From assembly GCF_006345805.1 (NCBI RefSeq), contig NC_042998.1, forward strand, positions 166,656,001 through 166,720,000: 64,000 nt of DNA, in the 5' to 3' direction. The stretch's first letter is position 1. Every line of letters begins with the position of its first letter. A program made the translations under genes and the position numbers. Shown in pieces: positions 1 through 12,898 of this stretch. Origin of the DNA: Octopus sinensis. Taxonomy: Eukaryota. The notes under the pieces are model-generated. The model searched no databases. It was not told the origin of the DNA and saw nothing but the letters and a program-made list of their open reading frames with translations.

Positions 1-626
1 GAAAACATAATAAATGCAGTACCAGGTACTCACTCGCATGGCTTCTGATCTTAACTGAATGTCCCCAGCATTCCCCAGTGGGGCATGTCCTTTAGTGGCT
101 GGCGATATTAGCATCTCTGGTCAAGAGCAGAAGTAGTGGGAGATCATAGACAAGTGTTGAGCGGAATTCTTTGGAGTTTGAAAATTCACCTCTGGAAACA
201 TGGGTGTTTCGTTCAACATCCTTAAACAACCCTTATTCGAGAACTTTTAGAGAGGAATGGGCTACTCGACCTGAAGAAAAAATCCAACTGGGTCCCACCT
301 GCAAGGTCATGGGCTGTTTACCTTGATATGAGACCACTATGTTGCGCACAGAAATATCAATTGAAGTAACTAAATTGTGCCAGCTCTGTAACATGTATGC
401 ATATAAGTATAGTTTGTTTGAAATGTGAATCTTCGGTGTAAGTTTCTTTTGATACATGAGTGTGTATATGTGCGTATGTGTGCTTGCATGAGCTTGCTGA
501 ATAGAATTACAAGTAAATTAATGCTACAAACATCATCATGGTGTACTTTTAACAGACGGGTAGCTATGATGGGTATATTGGGTTTCGTATATTTTACCCC
601 AGTGTTTCTGATGGCATGCACTGCTC

Positions 627-654
627 CCTCACATAATAATAATAATAGTAGTAA

Positions 655-725
<71 letters not shown>

Positions 726-749
726 ATGATGATGATGATGATGATGGTG

Positions 750-788
<39 letters not shown>

Positions 789-820
789 TAATAATAATAA
801 CAATAATAATAATAATAATC
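627..820. repeat. Compound trinucleotide microsatellite (AAT)n-(AGT)n-(GGT)-(GAT)n-(AAT)n
   Basis: Read directly; it explains the poly-S/D/N/L/Y ORFs at 370-943. Confidence 0.95.
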
Positions 821-979
821 CTTTCAACTACAGGCACAAAGCCTGAAATTTGGGGGCGGGGGCTAGTGGATGACATCGACCCCAATACTCACCTGGTACA
901 TCCTGAAAGGATGAAAGGCAAAGTCGACCTCGGCGGAATTTGAACTCAGAACGTAAAGATGAACGAAATGCCACTAAGC
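818..979 (-). mobile_element. tRNA-derived SINE family A, 5'-truncated copy
   Basis: Reverse complement of the core ctgagttcaaattccgccgaggtcgactttgcctttcatcc found in more than 30 copies in the window. Confidence 0.85.
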
Positions 980-1630
980 TGCTCCAGAGCATCCTGCTCG
1001 AACCGGGATTCGGAAGGGCTGTGTTGGCTTATCCGGACGACACCATCGTGATGGTGTCGAACACCTCAGAAATCGAGGTGGTCAGCAAATCATTGGAGGA
1101 ATATGAAAAGTTGACAGGAACAAAATTTAACCCGAAAAGTCGGTGGCCTTGCAGCATGGCACTTGGAGAGGCAAGTCCATGCTTTCCAACAGCATCGTTG
1201 GGTGCTGGTAAAATTGCTTGGGGTTTCGTTCGGACCAGACCTCCAGGTGGACAAGAATTAGAACCTGGTGACGAAAAGGGTAGTCAATCTCACCCAGAAA
1301 TGGGCTTGCGAGGAGGCTGTCATTGAATGGTCGGACGGATGTGACTAATGCGTACATCGCGTCTGTCATCTACTTCCTGATCGTCGTCGTTTGCCTCCGT
1401 TTGTGCCTCTTCGAGTTGTGGCGCTTCCTCTTCAAATTCTTGTGGAGGGAACAGGTTCCGTTGGCGAGGCGGTCCATCTACTGGAGGGCTGGGCATGCTG
1501 TGGATAATGATGCGTAGGCATACGCTGAGGCTGCAGCATCTCCAGATATTCTGTCTAAACGGTGAGCAGGTTCGTGAACATCCACCAGGCACTGGGCAGT
1601 TTCTCTTCCAGCCCCAAATCACTATGTCAG
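980..1630 (+). mobile_element. Tx1/L1-like LINE ORF2 reverse-transcriptase fragment, frameshifted
   Basis: VLAYPDDTIV (YADD-like), YEKLTGTKFNPKS, then RRLSLNGRTDVTNAYIASVIY...LFKFLWRE and MRRHTLRLQHL across frames, as in the Tx1 RT-thumb region. Confidence 0.8.
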
Positions 1631-2036
1631 GTCTATTATGCTTACATTCTATTGAGATTTTCACTGAGACATTCTACCAGTTATCCTTCCTATTATGAGT
1701 GGTTATGGCCTCTACCATACTGTGGGTTCTTATTTCTTTGGTCTCCTTAAGACGTGTATCTATGAATGTACAATGAAATAATCTTGGTCTTTGATGCATC
1801 ATTAACCACAATATCCGACATATATGCAAATCCTGATAAAAATGTGTTTGATATATATATATATGTCTTGTAAATTGTTTATTTTGTAATTATTCTGTCA
1901 AAAATTACAACTTTCATTAAAGACATTGCTAATCCTTTAGCAAGCCTTGACATTTGACGCTCTTTTGTCAACTCACGTCTCGAAAGGAGATGCTAGGGCC
2001 TAAGTTAAAACCAACTGACTTAGTACAGTCATCGAC

Positions 2037-2097
<61 letters not shown>

Positions 2098-2406
2098 AAC
2101 AAATTGGTAAATATATAAACCAAAATAGTTTCATATGTAGCTATTTAAGTTAATCGTTCATCAAAAACAAAAGGCAATGATTCAGAGAAGTCATAGCAAG
2201 ATTTCCCAGGAGAGAATAATTGTCTCTCACATAAAATGCTTAATACACGGCATTCAAGTAAAACTGAAACAATGCAGAATTGTGTACAGCAAGTAAATGG
2301 ACACAATAAAGCTACTTGCGAATTCACAGCACACATTTTTCTACTTCAGAACTGTATGTACTTAGCCATTAGCCATATATCATGTATATATATAAATATA
2401 TATATA

Positions 2407-2505
<99 letters not shown>

Positions 2506-2720
2506 ATGCATATATATATATATATAATGTATATATATATATATGTATGTATATGTATATGTATATATATGCATGTATGTATGCATATATACATACATAA
2601 ACACACATACATACATATACACACACAGACACATTATTTACTTACACAAACACACCGTTTCCAAAACATATATACGTAAATGTGTGTATGAGCATTATAT
2701 ACATACGTGTCTGCATATAT

Positions 2721-2756
<36 letters not shown>

Positions 2757-3123
2757 ATCTTATAGGGATGCAGTTTCTTTACTCTTCTAATTTTTTCATC
2801 TTTTGACTGAGGTCATGCTGGAGCACATACTTAATATATATCCACTATTGAAAAGGAAATTACTGCAGTTTTCGTTCGAAATAAAATCTCTTATGGATGT
2901 TCAGAGTTTAAAAATCGTCCTGGCAGCGGCTAATAGTGACGCCAGATGCATTCCGGACGTTTTAAGCCTTGTCAAAATACGTGTACTTGCAACCAACCAC
3001 ATGCCTATACTAGATTTATCGCCTCCAATAAATGGTAAGTAATGCATTGTTGGTATTGCGAATAGCCGCCGAGCAGAATAAATAATCTGGTACACGCAGT
3101 TAAAGCAGTATTAAATTAAAATA

Positions 3124-3857
3124 TGATGGCTGCCCCCTCGTTATCGAGTATGGCCATTGCACGAAGCTTAACTGTTATTGGTGCTGTGATCGAACGTGAC
3201 TTTTTAGCCCAGCTAAAGATCTACAATGTCTTGTACAGAATTGGCAGCTAAAAAACCTTTACCGGCACTAGCCGGCTGTAGTCGTAACTGGGCTTCATGT
3301 ACCTTTGCATGTCGTTTAAGTCCTCCTGCGGAATTACACTCTCTTCCACATGCCTGAGAGATATGATTAGTATGGTGTGTAACACCACCACCAGTGGCCA
3401 GGTTGTCACTCATCTGTCTCGCTTTATGACTACGAAGATGACTCATCAGTTCAGCTTTACTGAGGCAGGATCTTGCACAAACATTGCATGTCAGAATCAA
3501 AGGAAGAACCTTCCCTTCTGGAAGTGTAACAGCGATGCTCTTCCTGACATCCCTCATTACTTTCTCATGCGCAACTCGAGATTTCTCAAAAATAGCTGTC
3601 CCCTCGTGCACAATCCTTCTCCACCTGCTACGATCAATAGCTATGCCTTCCCATGTGTCAGGAGAGATGCAAGCATCTCTTAAGGAAGCCTTCAGCAAGT
3701 CCTTACACCTCTTTTTTGGTTTATGCGGAAGTCGTTCTCCTTTAGCTGACTCTCCATAAAAGAGTTGTTTTGGCATCATTGAATCCTTCATCCTGACCAG
3801 ATGACCACTCCATCTGAGCCTTTGCTTTAACACAAGAGCTTCTATACTTTCATTTAA
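3124..3857 (-). mobile_element. 5'-truncated RTE-clade LINE with 14-bp TSD and three C-terminal C2H2-like fingers
   Basis: LRWSGHLVRM...PKQLFYGE...WEGIAIDRSRWR is the RTE C-terminus. attaaattaaaata occurs at 3110-3123 and 3858-3871. 3' tail is cttcgtgcaatggccatactcgataacgagggggcagccatca. Confidence 0.9.
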
Positions 3858-4189
3858 ATTAAATTAAAATAGCTAGCTATGTATCGGACGTTGCTGACAG
3901 GCAAGTTACTGCGATTTTCGTCCAAGATAAAATCTCTTTTAGACGACATTATTAGTGTTTAGAAATACAGCATGTCTGTAAAAGTTTCTTTTTATCGCTA
4001 ACGCAAAACTTGCATGACAACTATGTCTATATGTTAAGTATGATACATAGATGGCTATATGTAATACATTTAAAAAGACGGAAGCTCGGTTTGATTGCTG
4101 CGTTGGAAATATATCCCGATTTTCTGTTCAATCAGAACCTACACTATATGAGTGTATACACACACACACACACACACATGTATATATAT

Positions 4190-5400
4190 GCATATGGTTC
4201 CCAACCACATGGCTCTGGTTTCAGTCCCACTACGTAGTACCCTGGGTAAGTGACTATACATACATACACACGCACACACACACACACACACACGTAAATT
4301 ATATGAATGGCTGTGTGGTAAGTAGCTTGCTTACCAAACACATGGTTCCGGGTTCATTCCCACTGCGTGGCACCTTGGGCAAGTGGCTTCTACTATAGCC
4401 TCGGGCCGACTAGAGCCTTGTGAGTGGATTTGGTAGACGGAAACTGAACGAAGCCCGTCGTATATATGTATATATATATATATATATGCATGTTTGTGTA
4501 TATGTTTGTGTGTCTGTGTTTGTCCTCCCAACATCGCTTGACAACCGATGCTGGTGTGTTTACGTCCCCGTAACTTAGCAGTTCTACCAAAGAGACCGAT
4601 AGGATACGTACTAGACTTACGATATGCTCGACTAAAGGCGGTGCTCCAGCATGGCCGCAGTCACATGACTGAAACAAGTAAAAGAGTAAAAGAGAGTAAA
4701 GAGTATATGTATATGTGTGTGTGTGTCTTTGTATATGTGTTTGACACACACACACACACACACACACGTACACCGCTTGATAACTGATGTCGGTGTGTTT
4801 ACGTCCCCGTTACCTATCGGTTCTGGAAAAGAAACGTATAGAATAAGTACCAGGCTTTAAAAAATATAAAATACCAGGATCGATTCGTTCGACTAAAATT
4901 CTTCAAGGTGATGCCCCAGCATGGCCGTAGTCAAATGACCGAAAGAAGTGAAAGACAAAAGATAAAATATATTCATAGGCGAAGGAGTGGCTGTGTGGTA
5001 AGTACCTTGCTAACCAACCACATGGTTCCGAGTTCAGTCCCACTGCGTGGCATCTTGGGCAAGTGTCTTCTGCTATAGCCCCGGGCCGACCAATGCCTTG
5101 TGAGTGGATTTGGTAGACGGAAACTGAAAGAAGCCTGTCGTATATATATATATATGTGTGTGTGTGTATGTGTGTGTGTGTGTGTGTGTGTTTGTGTGTC
5201 TGTGTTTGTCCCCCTAGCATTGCTTGACAACCGATGCTGGTGTGTTTACGTCCCCGTCACTTAGCGGTTCGGCAAAAGAGACCGATAGAATATGTACTGG
5301 GCTTACAAAGAATAAGTCCCGGGGTCGATTTGCTCGACTAAAGGCGGTGCTCCAGCATGGCCGCAGTCAAATGACTGAAACAAGTAAGAGAGTAAGAGAG
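4190..5400 (+). mobile_element. Tandem cluster of SINE family B (tRNA head, CORE-like segment, internal microsatellite, tail); full copies at about 4307-4700 and 4985-5400
   Basis: Head ggctgtgtggtaag...ggttcagtcc, CORE-like caccttgggcaagtgtctt, tail ggcggtgctccagcatggccgcagtcaaatgactgaaac. Resembles the octopus OR2 CORE-SINE (from memory). Confidence 0.85.
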
Positions 5401-5720
5401 TATATAAGACACTTATACATATAAACTGTTATTTGTCACTTAACAGCTTTCACATTATGTATGTATGTATGTAAGCATGTATGTATGTTTGTATGTTTGT
5501 ATGAAGATTCCCTGCCAGAAACTCTCTCACACCCATACGTGACAAGAAATATATGACGCCAGACCTTCCTCTTAGTGACGCTTCATATTGTAATTTGCCA
5601 GTCATAACAATCCAATTCAATATTGTTCAACTTAACATCCACGCCTCTCACGTTCCTTCCCTCCCTCCCACTCTTTTTTCCTGTCTCTGTCTCCTTTTCT
5701 CCCTTCTCTCTTTATCACCC

Positions 5721-5751
<31 letters not shown>

Positions 5752-5916
5752 TCTCTACCTCCCTTATTATTTTCACTATCTCTGTTTTTTTTTCTTTCCA
5801 TTGAATCCTCTTCTCTGCTACCTATACGCATATATAGAAACCCTCGGCGAATATATATATATATTCAAAGAGAGAGAGGGAGAGAGAGAGAGCGAGAGAG
5901 AGAGGGAGAGGGAGAG

Positions 5917-5958
<42 letters not shown>

Positions 5959-6038
5959 CACAAACTCACACTTTCACAGAACTTAAATGCATAGGGAGCC
6001 AGATTCACGCTTTATACATAAAGAGCGAATGAGCGAGC

Positions 6039-6080
<42 letters not shown>

Positions 6081-6264
6081 GAGAGAGAGAGAGAGAGAGG
6101 GAGAGAGAGAGAGGGAGAGAGAAGGAGTGAGAGAGAGAAAGAAATATATAAAGCTACATAGAGATGCATTCACACAACCTCACACTTTCACTTAATCAAA
6201 CGCATACATAGAGAGAGATACACACACATACAGAGCGAGCGGGAGAGAGTGTGTGTGTGTGTGT

Positions 6265-6303
<39 letters not shown>

Positions 6304-6515
6304 TCACAATCAGATGTACATAAACATACACGCACTGTTACATGCACTCATACGTTAACATACATAATTATACAAGTACACGCACACACATCTACTAACA
6401 CACGTGTACTCATATTTCACATTCACCGACCCAAACCAGCATACAACCGTAAATACGCACACACACACACACACACGCACACAAACAGATATATGTATAT
6501 ATATATATATATATA

Positions 6516-6571
<56 letters not shown>

Positions 6572-6679
6572 TGTGTGTGTGTGTGTGTGTGTGTATAAAT
6601 ATATATATAGTGGTCGAGGCTATAGTATAAGACAACTGTCAACTCAATGTGGCAGTCCCGTATGGGAATTATATATATA

Positions 6680-6737
<58 letters not shown>

Positions 6738-7000
6738 GCAAAAACACACATACACACATATGGACACAGACACACAGTCACACATACACAAATGTTCACG
6801 CACAAATATCCACATACAAAACACATAAGTTGACACATTCTCATTCACATACATTCACAAATACACACATACATACGCACATATAACCCGTTGTATGATC
6901 TTTATCGATACTATCGCAACAAATCGAGATTCTGTTTATCATCAGTTTCCTAGAAGACGGATCATGATTAATACGAAACCTTGTTTATATATGTGTGTGT

Positions 7001-7092
<92 letters not shown>

Positions 7093-7376
7093 TGTTCTTA
7101 ATATAACTTGAAATTACTACGTATCTACGACATACTGACATCAGAGCACACACAAATATATTAAATTGTAGGTTACGTTGATGATGACTACTGATTTATG
7201 AGTAGGTATTTTCCGGAAAACACCAGCTTGTGACTCATTGCTTTACGTCATCTTATCTACTTTCAAAACATACTGCAGGCTTTAGCTTATGTTTAGGAAG
7301 TTCGCCACCTTGCAATCATATATTTCTGATTTTGATTTCACAGCGTGACACTATCAGTAAGTAACTCATCCTATAG

Positions 7377-7686
7377 TACTGGAACTCAACCGTTTTTTAC
7401 CTAGGGATCCCTTTGATGACTATTTTCCTCTGATGGATCCCCATAGCTACTCGATATTTAAAAACCAGTGTTATATATACTTCTTTCATTTTGCTGTTCA
7501 CACATTAACTTTTGTAGGTTGAACTATGTAAAACGTTAGAGAAAGATATCTTGCTGTTTCTTGCAATGAATAACTAAAGCACAATGTTTTCGTTAACCCT
7601 TAAAATATTACTGTGGGTAACCAATTTACTATTTTATTTGCATGGACCCCAATAAATCTTATATTGGCCCCGGTTGAGAACTTCTG
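7377..7686. mobile_element. hAT-type MITE (same family as 23588-23931)
   Basis: Degenerate TIRs (..ctcaacc / ggttgagaacttctg); 8-bp TSD tcctatag / tccaatag (7/8); internal similarity to the 23.6 kb copy. Confidence 0.75.
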
Positions 7687-8237
7687 TCCAATAGCATCAA
7701 GTTACCAAACTTTTGTGAGTGGAATTAGCTTGACAGAAATTCTACACCGAGTAGCCTATTAGTTAAACTGTTCTGGATTTTGCTTGGAATAGGCTTAATT
7801 GGTTCAACGTGACTACTTGCCCCTTTGATGCATTCAGTAAAATCTCTTCAGCGGCAGGTGTTCAGATCAGATATCATATTTGATGTCCATTCAATATCCT
7901 GATGCACTACCTCCTATTACGGAAAATTCCGAGTCGATGTTTCTTCCTCTCTTTTTCCACACTGGTCTTGGAATCCTCCCAAAAAGTTTCTGACAGCAAA
8001 TCCTTTTCCAAGTAATAAAAAATACATTAATAAAGCAACTGATTCCGGAAAGATTGTTATTATCTATCTAATTAAAACCATTTCATTTGCGCTGCGTATT
8101 CATGAAAAGCATCTTATTGGCTCTGGGATTTTGAAATCCGTTATCACCCCGAGATAAATAGACAATTTGATCCCCGTGTAATAAAGCGCAAACATTCATG
8201 GCCACAAACATGCCTTAGGTATTGATATTACCTGATA

Positions 8238-8450
8238 TATTGCTTTCAAATTTTGGTAAAAGACACGCAATTTCGGAGGAGCAGTTAAGTCGATTACCTC
8301 AACTACAGTGCTTGACTGGTACTTATTTTACCTACCTCAAAAGGATACGCGGCTAAGTCCTCGGCAGAATTTGAACTGAGAAAGTAAAGACAGACGAAAT
8401 GCCACTAAGCACTTTGCCCGTCGTGCTAACGACTCTGCTAGCTCGCAGCC
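8238..8450 (-). mobile_element. SINE family A copy
   Basis: Diverged head, core and tail match the family. Confidence 0.8.
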
Positions 8451-8630
8451 TTTGATATAACTAGATATATAAAAAAAAATAAATGACCATTTTTCATTAT
8501 ATCCAGTTGATAGACAAGCTTGTGCTTCCATTCCATCACAAAAGATATGAACATGTGCACATATATATATTACACACATACACATATACACACAGAAATA
8601 CACACAGAAATATATACACACACCTTAGAA

Positions 8631-9833
8631 CAGGGGTGGGCGAACTTTTTTGATCGCGGGCCGCACAGTGCGTCTTTGGAACCTTGGCGGGCCTCATTTA
8701 TAAAAATCAAGTGAAAATGTTTTTAAAGGCGGTTATAGACCTATAAACACACAATTGATTGAAAGGAAATTTTGTGAAATATTCCTGGTTTAAGTGATTT
8801 AATTTATTTTTTAGAGTATCGGGTTCATGTTTTTCGGTTATTTGCTCCTATAGTTGAAATTATTACAGGAACCTCGGTTATTTTGGACAGCCTGTTATTG
8901 CTTACAAATTGCCAGGAACGGAATTTTCCTAGTAAAATCTGCACTAATTGTGGACAACCACCTTTTAATATTATGGACAACCATGATGAATATTATACTT
9001 AAATTCTAGGATACCCAAAATAAAAGATTTTAAAGAGAAATAACAGTTTATTAATATGAATTGATATCTGAAATTAGAAACGTCACCTGAAACAATTATT
9101 TGAAAAACAAAGCGGCTCTGTAAATAACAATGTCAATGAGAATGATGCAGCTGACTACTGTCATTTACAGTTTGTCAAAATTAGGTGTCAAGTTGCTTGT
9201 GCTGATTCTTAACACTGACTGAAGATTTGAGTCTGTGAGAAGTGATAGATTCTTCCCCTTGTTAATTTTCATGATGGAGAAAGTCTGCTCACATATGTGG
9301 AAGCACTCCGTCGGTTACGACGACGAGGGTTCCAGTTGATCCGATCAACGGAACAGCCTGCTTGTGAAATTAACGTGTAGTGGCTGAGCACTCCACAGAC
9401 ACGTGTACCCTTAACGTAGTTCTCGGGGATATTCAGCATGACACAGAGAGTGACAAGGCCGGCCCTTTTGAAATACAGGTACAACAGAAACAGGAAGTAA
9501 GAGTGAGAGAAAGTTGTGGTGATGAAGAGTACAGCAGGGATCACCACCATCCCTGCCGGAGCCTCATGGAGCTTTAGGTGTTTTCGCTCAATAAACACTC
9601 ACAACGCCCGGTCTGGGAATCGAAACCGCGATCCTACGACCGCAAGTCCGCTGCCCTAACCACTGGGCCATTGCGCCTCCACTCACATATGTAAGTTGAT
9701 GCAAACAACACAAACATCTTTCTTGCAAATTTTTTTAGATTTTGGAATTGGGATTCATAAAGCTCTCGGCGGGCCGCATGAAAACCTATGGCGGGCCGCA
9801 TGCGGCCCGCGGGCCGTAGTTTGCCCACCCCTG
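8631..9833 (-). mobile_element. Internally deleted hAT (Charlie/SPIN-like) transposon retaining the transposase C-terminus
   Basis: TIRs caggggtgggcgaact / agtttgcccacccctg; 8-bp TSD ccttagaa / ccttacaa. With the nested SINE removed, the minus strand reads FQNLKKFARKMFVLFASTYICEQTFSIMKINKGKNLSLLTDSNLQSVLRISTSNLTPNFDKL, the hAT dimerisation-domain pattern. Confidence 0.92.
9299..9681 (-). mobile_element. Full-length SINE family C nested in the hAT element
   Basis: tRNA-like head with A box tggcccagtgg and B box ggtttcgattcc; 11-bp TSD ctcacatatgt at 9288-9298 and 9682-9692. Confidence 0.92.
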
Positions 9834-10379
9834 CCTTACAATGACGACTACTTCCTCATATCCTTAAATTAAGGGTTAGTATACAAGTCAAAGCGTCCTG
9901 TTTTAGGGAAAAGGATTTACGTTATACTCATTAAAGAAGAGTAGTGCCCTTGCTCGTTTACAGGGTCAACTTGATTGATGGGATAGAGAGAAGAAATTGT
10001 CCTCAAACCGGAGACGTGATCCGAAGATTTACAACAGAGGGAACTCTACTAAAAGTTACTTTCGATATAAACTGATGTGTTAAGCCTGGTAAGAGATTAA
10101 ATCGAGCGAACACAAACGCAAAACGTGTCACTATACAGTAATGCGTTCGATGCTCTAACCTTTCCGCCATTCCCGGTACACTGGAAGTACAAAAACTAAG
10201 TTATACCTCAATGCCAAGTCCAATTCTTTATCATCTGTAACTCTAGCCGCAAATTCTCATCTCCGGTCACTACACGAATGAAATATTCTTACAATCATGA
10301 AATTGCTGTGATTGATCCTGTTAAGAAAATCAAGCAAAATTTAGATCTCTTTTATCTTCTATTTAATTCAATCAATGGA

Positions 10380-10559
10380 CTGTGGTCATGCTAGAGCACC
10401 GCCTTTAGTCAAGGAAATCGAACCCAAGACTTTTTCTTTATAATCTTAGTACTTATTCTATCGGTCCTTTTGCCGAACCGCTAAGTTAAGGGGACGTAAA
10501 TACCCCAGCATCGGTTGTCAAGCGATGTTAGGGAGACAAACACAGACACACAAACATAT

Positions 10560-10560
<1 letters not shown>
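10380..10560 (-). mobile_element. SINE family B, 3' half
   Basis: Reverse complement of the family B second half and tail. Confidence 0.75.
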
Positions 10561-10600
<40 letters not shown>

Positions 10601-10627
10601 CACCACACACCACACACAATATATATA

Positions 10628-10674
<47 letters not shown>

Positions 10675-11379
10675 TATATATATATATATATATAATAGAC
10701 ACATATTCCTCCTATATGTTTATATAGGAGGAATTCCAACCACGTTTCGTGGTTTGCTATTTCAACAGCTCCTTATACGATCCAGTGGCTAAAGACATCA
10801 TCAAGATGAATCACATCCGGTTTCGGCCCCTACTCGTCTACCGTTTTCGACGTGCCCACCCCCAACAACTTTCGGAGGTGAAAATATAGTTGATGGTCAT
10901 GGCTGGTCTGGGAGTTACCATCAGTTCCGTACCTATATTGCTAAGAAGTTTATAGGTGCAAAACCGATGGGAACTTCTCGACCGGCCATAAACAGCAATT
11001 ATAGTAATTACTAGCTGACCACGTGCCGTCAATAATGTTGACTAATTGTAGTATTTTATATATAAATAAGGTACATAAATAATAATTGCGCATGCAAACA
11101 TTCACATACTTCTTTTGTACACCCACACCCATACACACATATACTCACACAGAGTTGAAACGCTGATTTTTTAACCCTTCCTTTCCTTATTTATCTATCA
11201 CCCCTTCATCATATTGCTATTACTTTTTCTCACTCCCTCTCAGTCAGGGCTATTACTCTCACTACTTCTCCTTCACTGAATTACTATCTTTTCTTCTCCG
11301 CGTCCGGTATGAGTCTGGAGAAATATATATATATATACAAATATATAAAAAAAACTACGCTCATTATTATATTAGGAGA

Positions 11380-11830
11380 CTAGCTGAATGATCCGACGTT
11401 TCCAGGTTTACTGCTGTTCTTATTCAGATTAGTAAACAATACATAGGAACATATTTATTTCTTTTGTCATAATTATTTAAAAATATAGATTTTTTATGAA
11501 AAAAAATATCCAAATTATAATAATAATAGAATTTAGATCTGAAACTCTGTCAATCTTGAAGTTTCTGAGAGTAAACAATATTTATTGTGTAATTTTTTGT
11601 TAGTGTTGAAATGAATAAATTGTTGCTGCTTCTAGCTCGTGAGCAACCAACATAGAGTTGATCGTGGGAGAAGCATGTAGCAGAGAGATCAAGTCCAACT
11701 ACTTTGAAGGATTGACCCTGAGATTCATTAATTGAAATACCAAAACTTAGTTTGACTGGAAACAGAAGCCCCTTAAATTGAAATGGAGACATCTGTAGGT
11801 ATGAGAGGAAATTTTGGAATAAAGACATTT
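11380..11830 (-). mobile_element. Helitron 3' end with Pif1-like helicase C-terminal remnant
   Basis: FPVKLSFGISINESQGQSFKVVGLDL...CFSHDQLYVGCSRA matches helicase motifs V-VI; downstream decayed hairpin then CTAG|T at 11383-11380. Confidence 0.9.
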
Positions 11831-12072
11831 TCTCCTTCGTGAGACGACCTGTTATGATTGTTGCGTTTTAGATATGGGGCTTCATGGAAGTAACAATTAA
11901 GCGAGTTCCGTTACACAGAAGAGGTGGCTCAAGATTTCTAGGCAACATAATGGGAGCATGCAGCTTGACTTTTCTGATTTATGAACTACTGACCGATTAT
12001 ATGTATATATGTTTTTGTCCCTTTCTTGTATCCTAACTGTCTGGATGTTTTGCGTTCTTGTCCCATTTTGTA

Positions 12073-12129
<57 letters not shown>

Positions 12130-12429
12130 GCATATTTATATGTGTGTGTGTGTATGTAAGTATATAACGGCGTACGTATACTTTGGGCTCTTATATGTAA
12201 GTATAGATTTATCTAAATCTTGTACGACTCTATTCTTTTATTCTTTCTTTCTTTCTATCAGCCCTTTCACGCTTACTCCGTTCATTCCACTCTTCGTTCT
12301 TTCGTTACCCTCTTTCACATTTCATTGCCTTCTTTTCATGCTCACTTTCCCTCCTCTTTCCACTTCACTGTGTCCCTGTCATTTTTTCTCACCCCTCCTT
12401 ATTTCTTCTGTTCCTCTAGCTCTACCTCT

Positions 12430-12859
12430 CTCTCTTCTCTCCCCACGTGACCGGTGTTCGGACAAGCCTAACGTTTCTTTCTTGGTTCGGACGCTGTCCG
12501 TGCAACATTTATATGTGTCTGTGAAATCTTGTATCCCTGCCGTAAGGCTTTACTTCCACACACGCCAGCTTAATTAAATTCGTACTTAGTCGAAAGACAC
12601 CTGTTGTTATGTCCTGTTATTTGTATTTGTGTAACCTTCTCCGTTGCTTTTGCGTCCTTGTTTTCGTATACATTCGCTGCTTTCTTCCAAGGAATCCAAG
12701 GCTCTTTGCTTAGTTTTTCCTTGGGGCTGGCCAGATTGGAGCAATCTCGCGTATAACCAGCCGAAATCTGGAACTCGACTGAGGAAAGAAAACTTTGAAT
12801 GTCTCGTCCTTGTTTTCTTTGCATCGTCTGTCTAGATGTTTTGCGTTTTTATCTCATTT

Positions 12860-12862
<3 letters not shown>
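12430..12862 (+). mobile_element. Penelope-like terminal repeat fragment (family also at 38520-38670 and 43530-43720)
   Basis: Shared gactgagga..gaatg..cgtcc..gtct(a/g)gatgtttt motif among the copies. The Penelope assignment is from recalled architecture. Confidence 0.45.

Positions 12863-12897
<35 letters not shown>

Positions 12898-12898
<1 letters not shown>

Noticed and set aside
1-350. Possible 5' leader of a non-LTR element
   Set aside because: It looks familiar as a repeat, but is single-copy here with no motif or ribozyme fold I could verify.
425-943. 172-aa ORF with a hydrophobic start and poly-S/D/N runs
   Set aside because: It runs through a trinucleotide microsatellite and ends in a SINE.
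2803-3042. 79-aa ORF ending at a GTAAGT donor (3035)
   Set aside because: Weak acceptor, no recognised homology, and its start is imperfectly repeated (30/36) at 3903-3939, which points to a repeat origin.
7760-8200. Apparently unique sequence as an exon
   Set aside because: Only short open frames and no convincing splice pair; the same applies to 45000-45130, 51780-51900 and 52037-52290.
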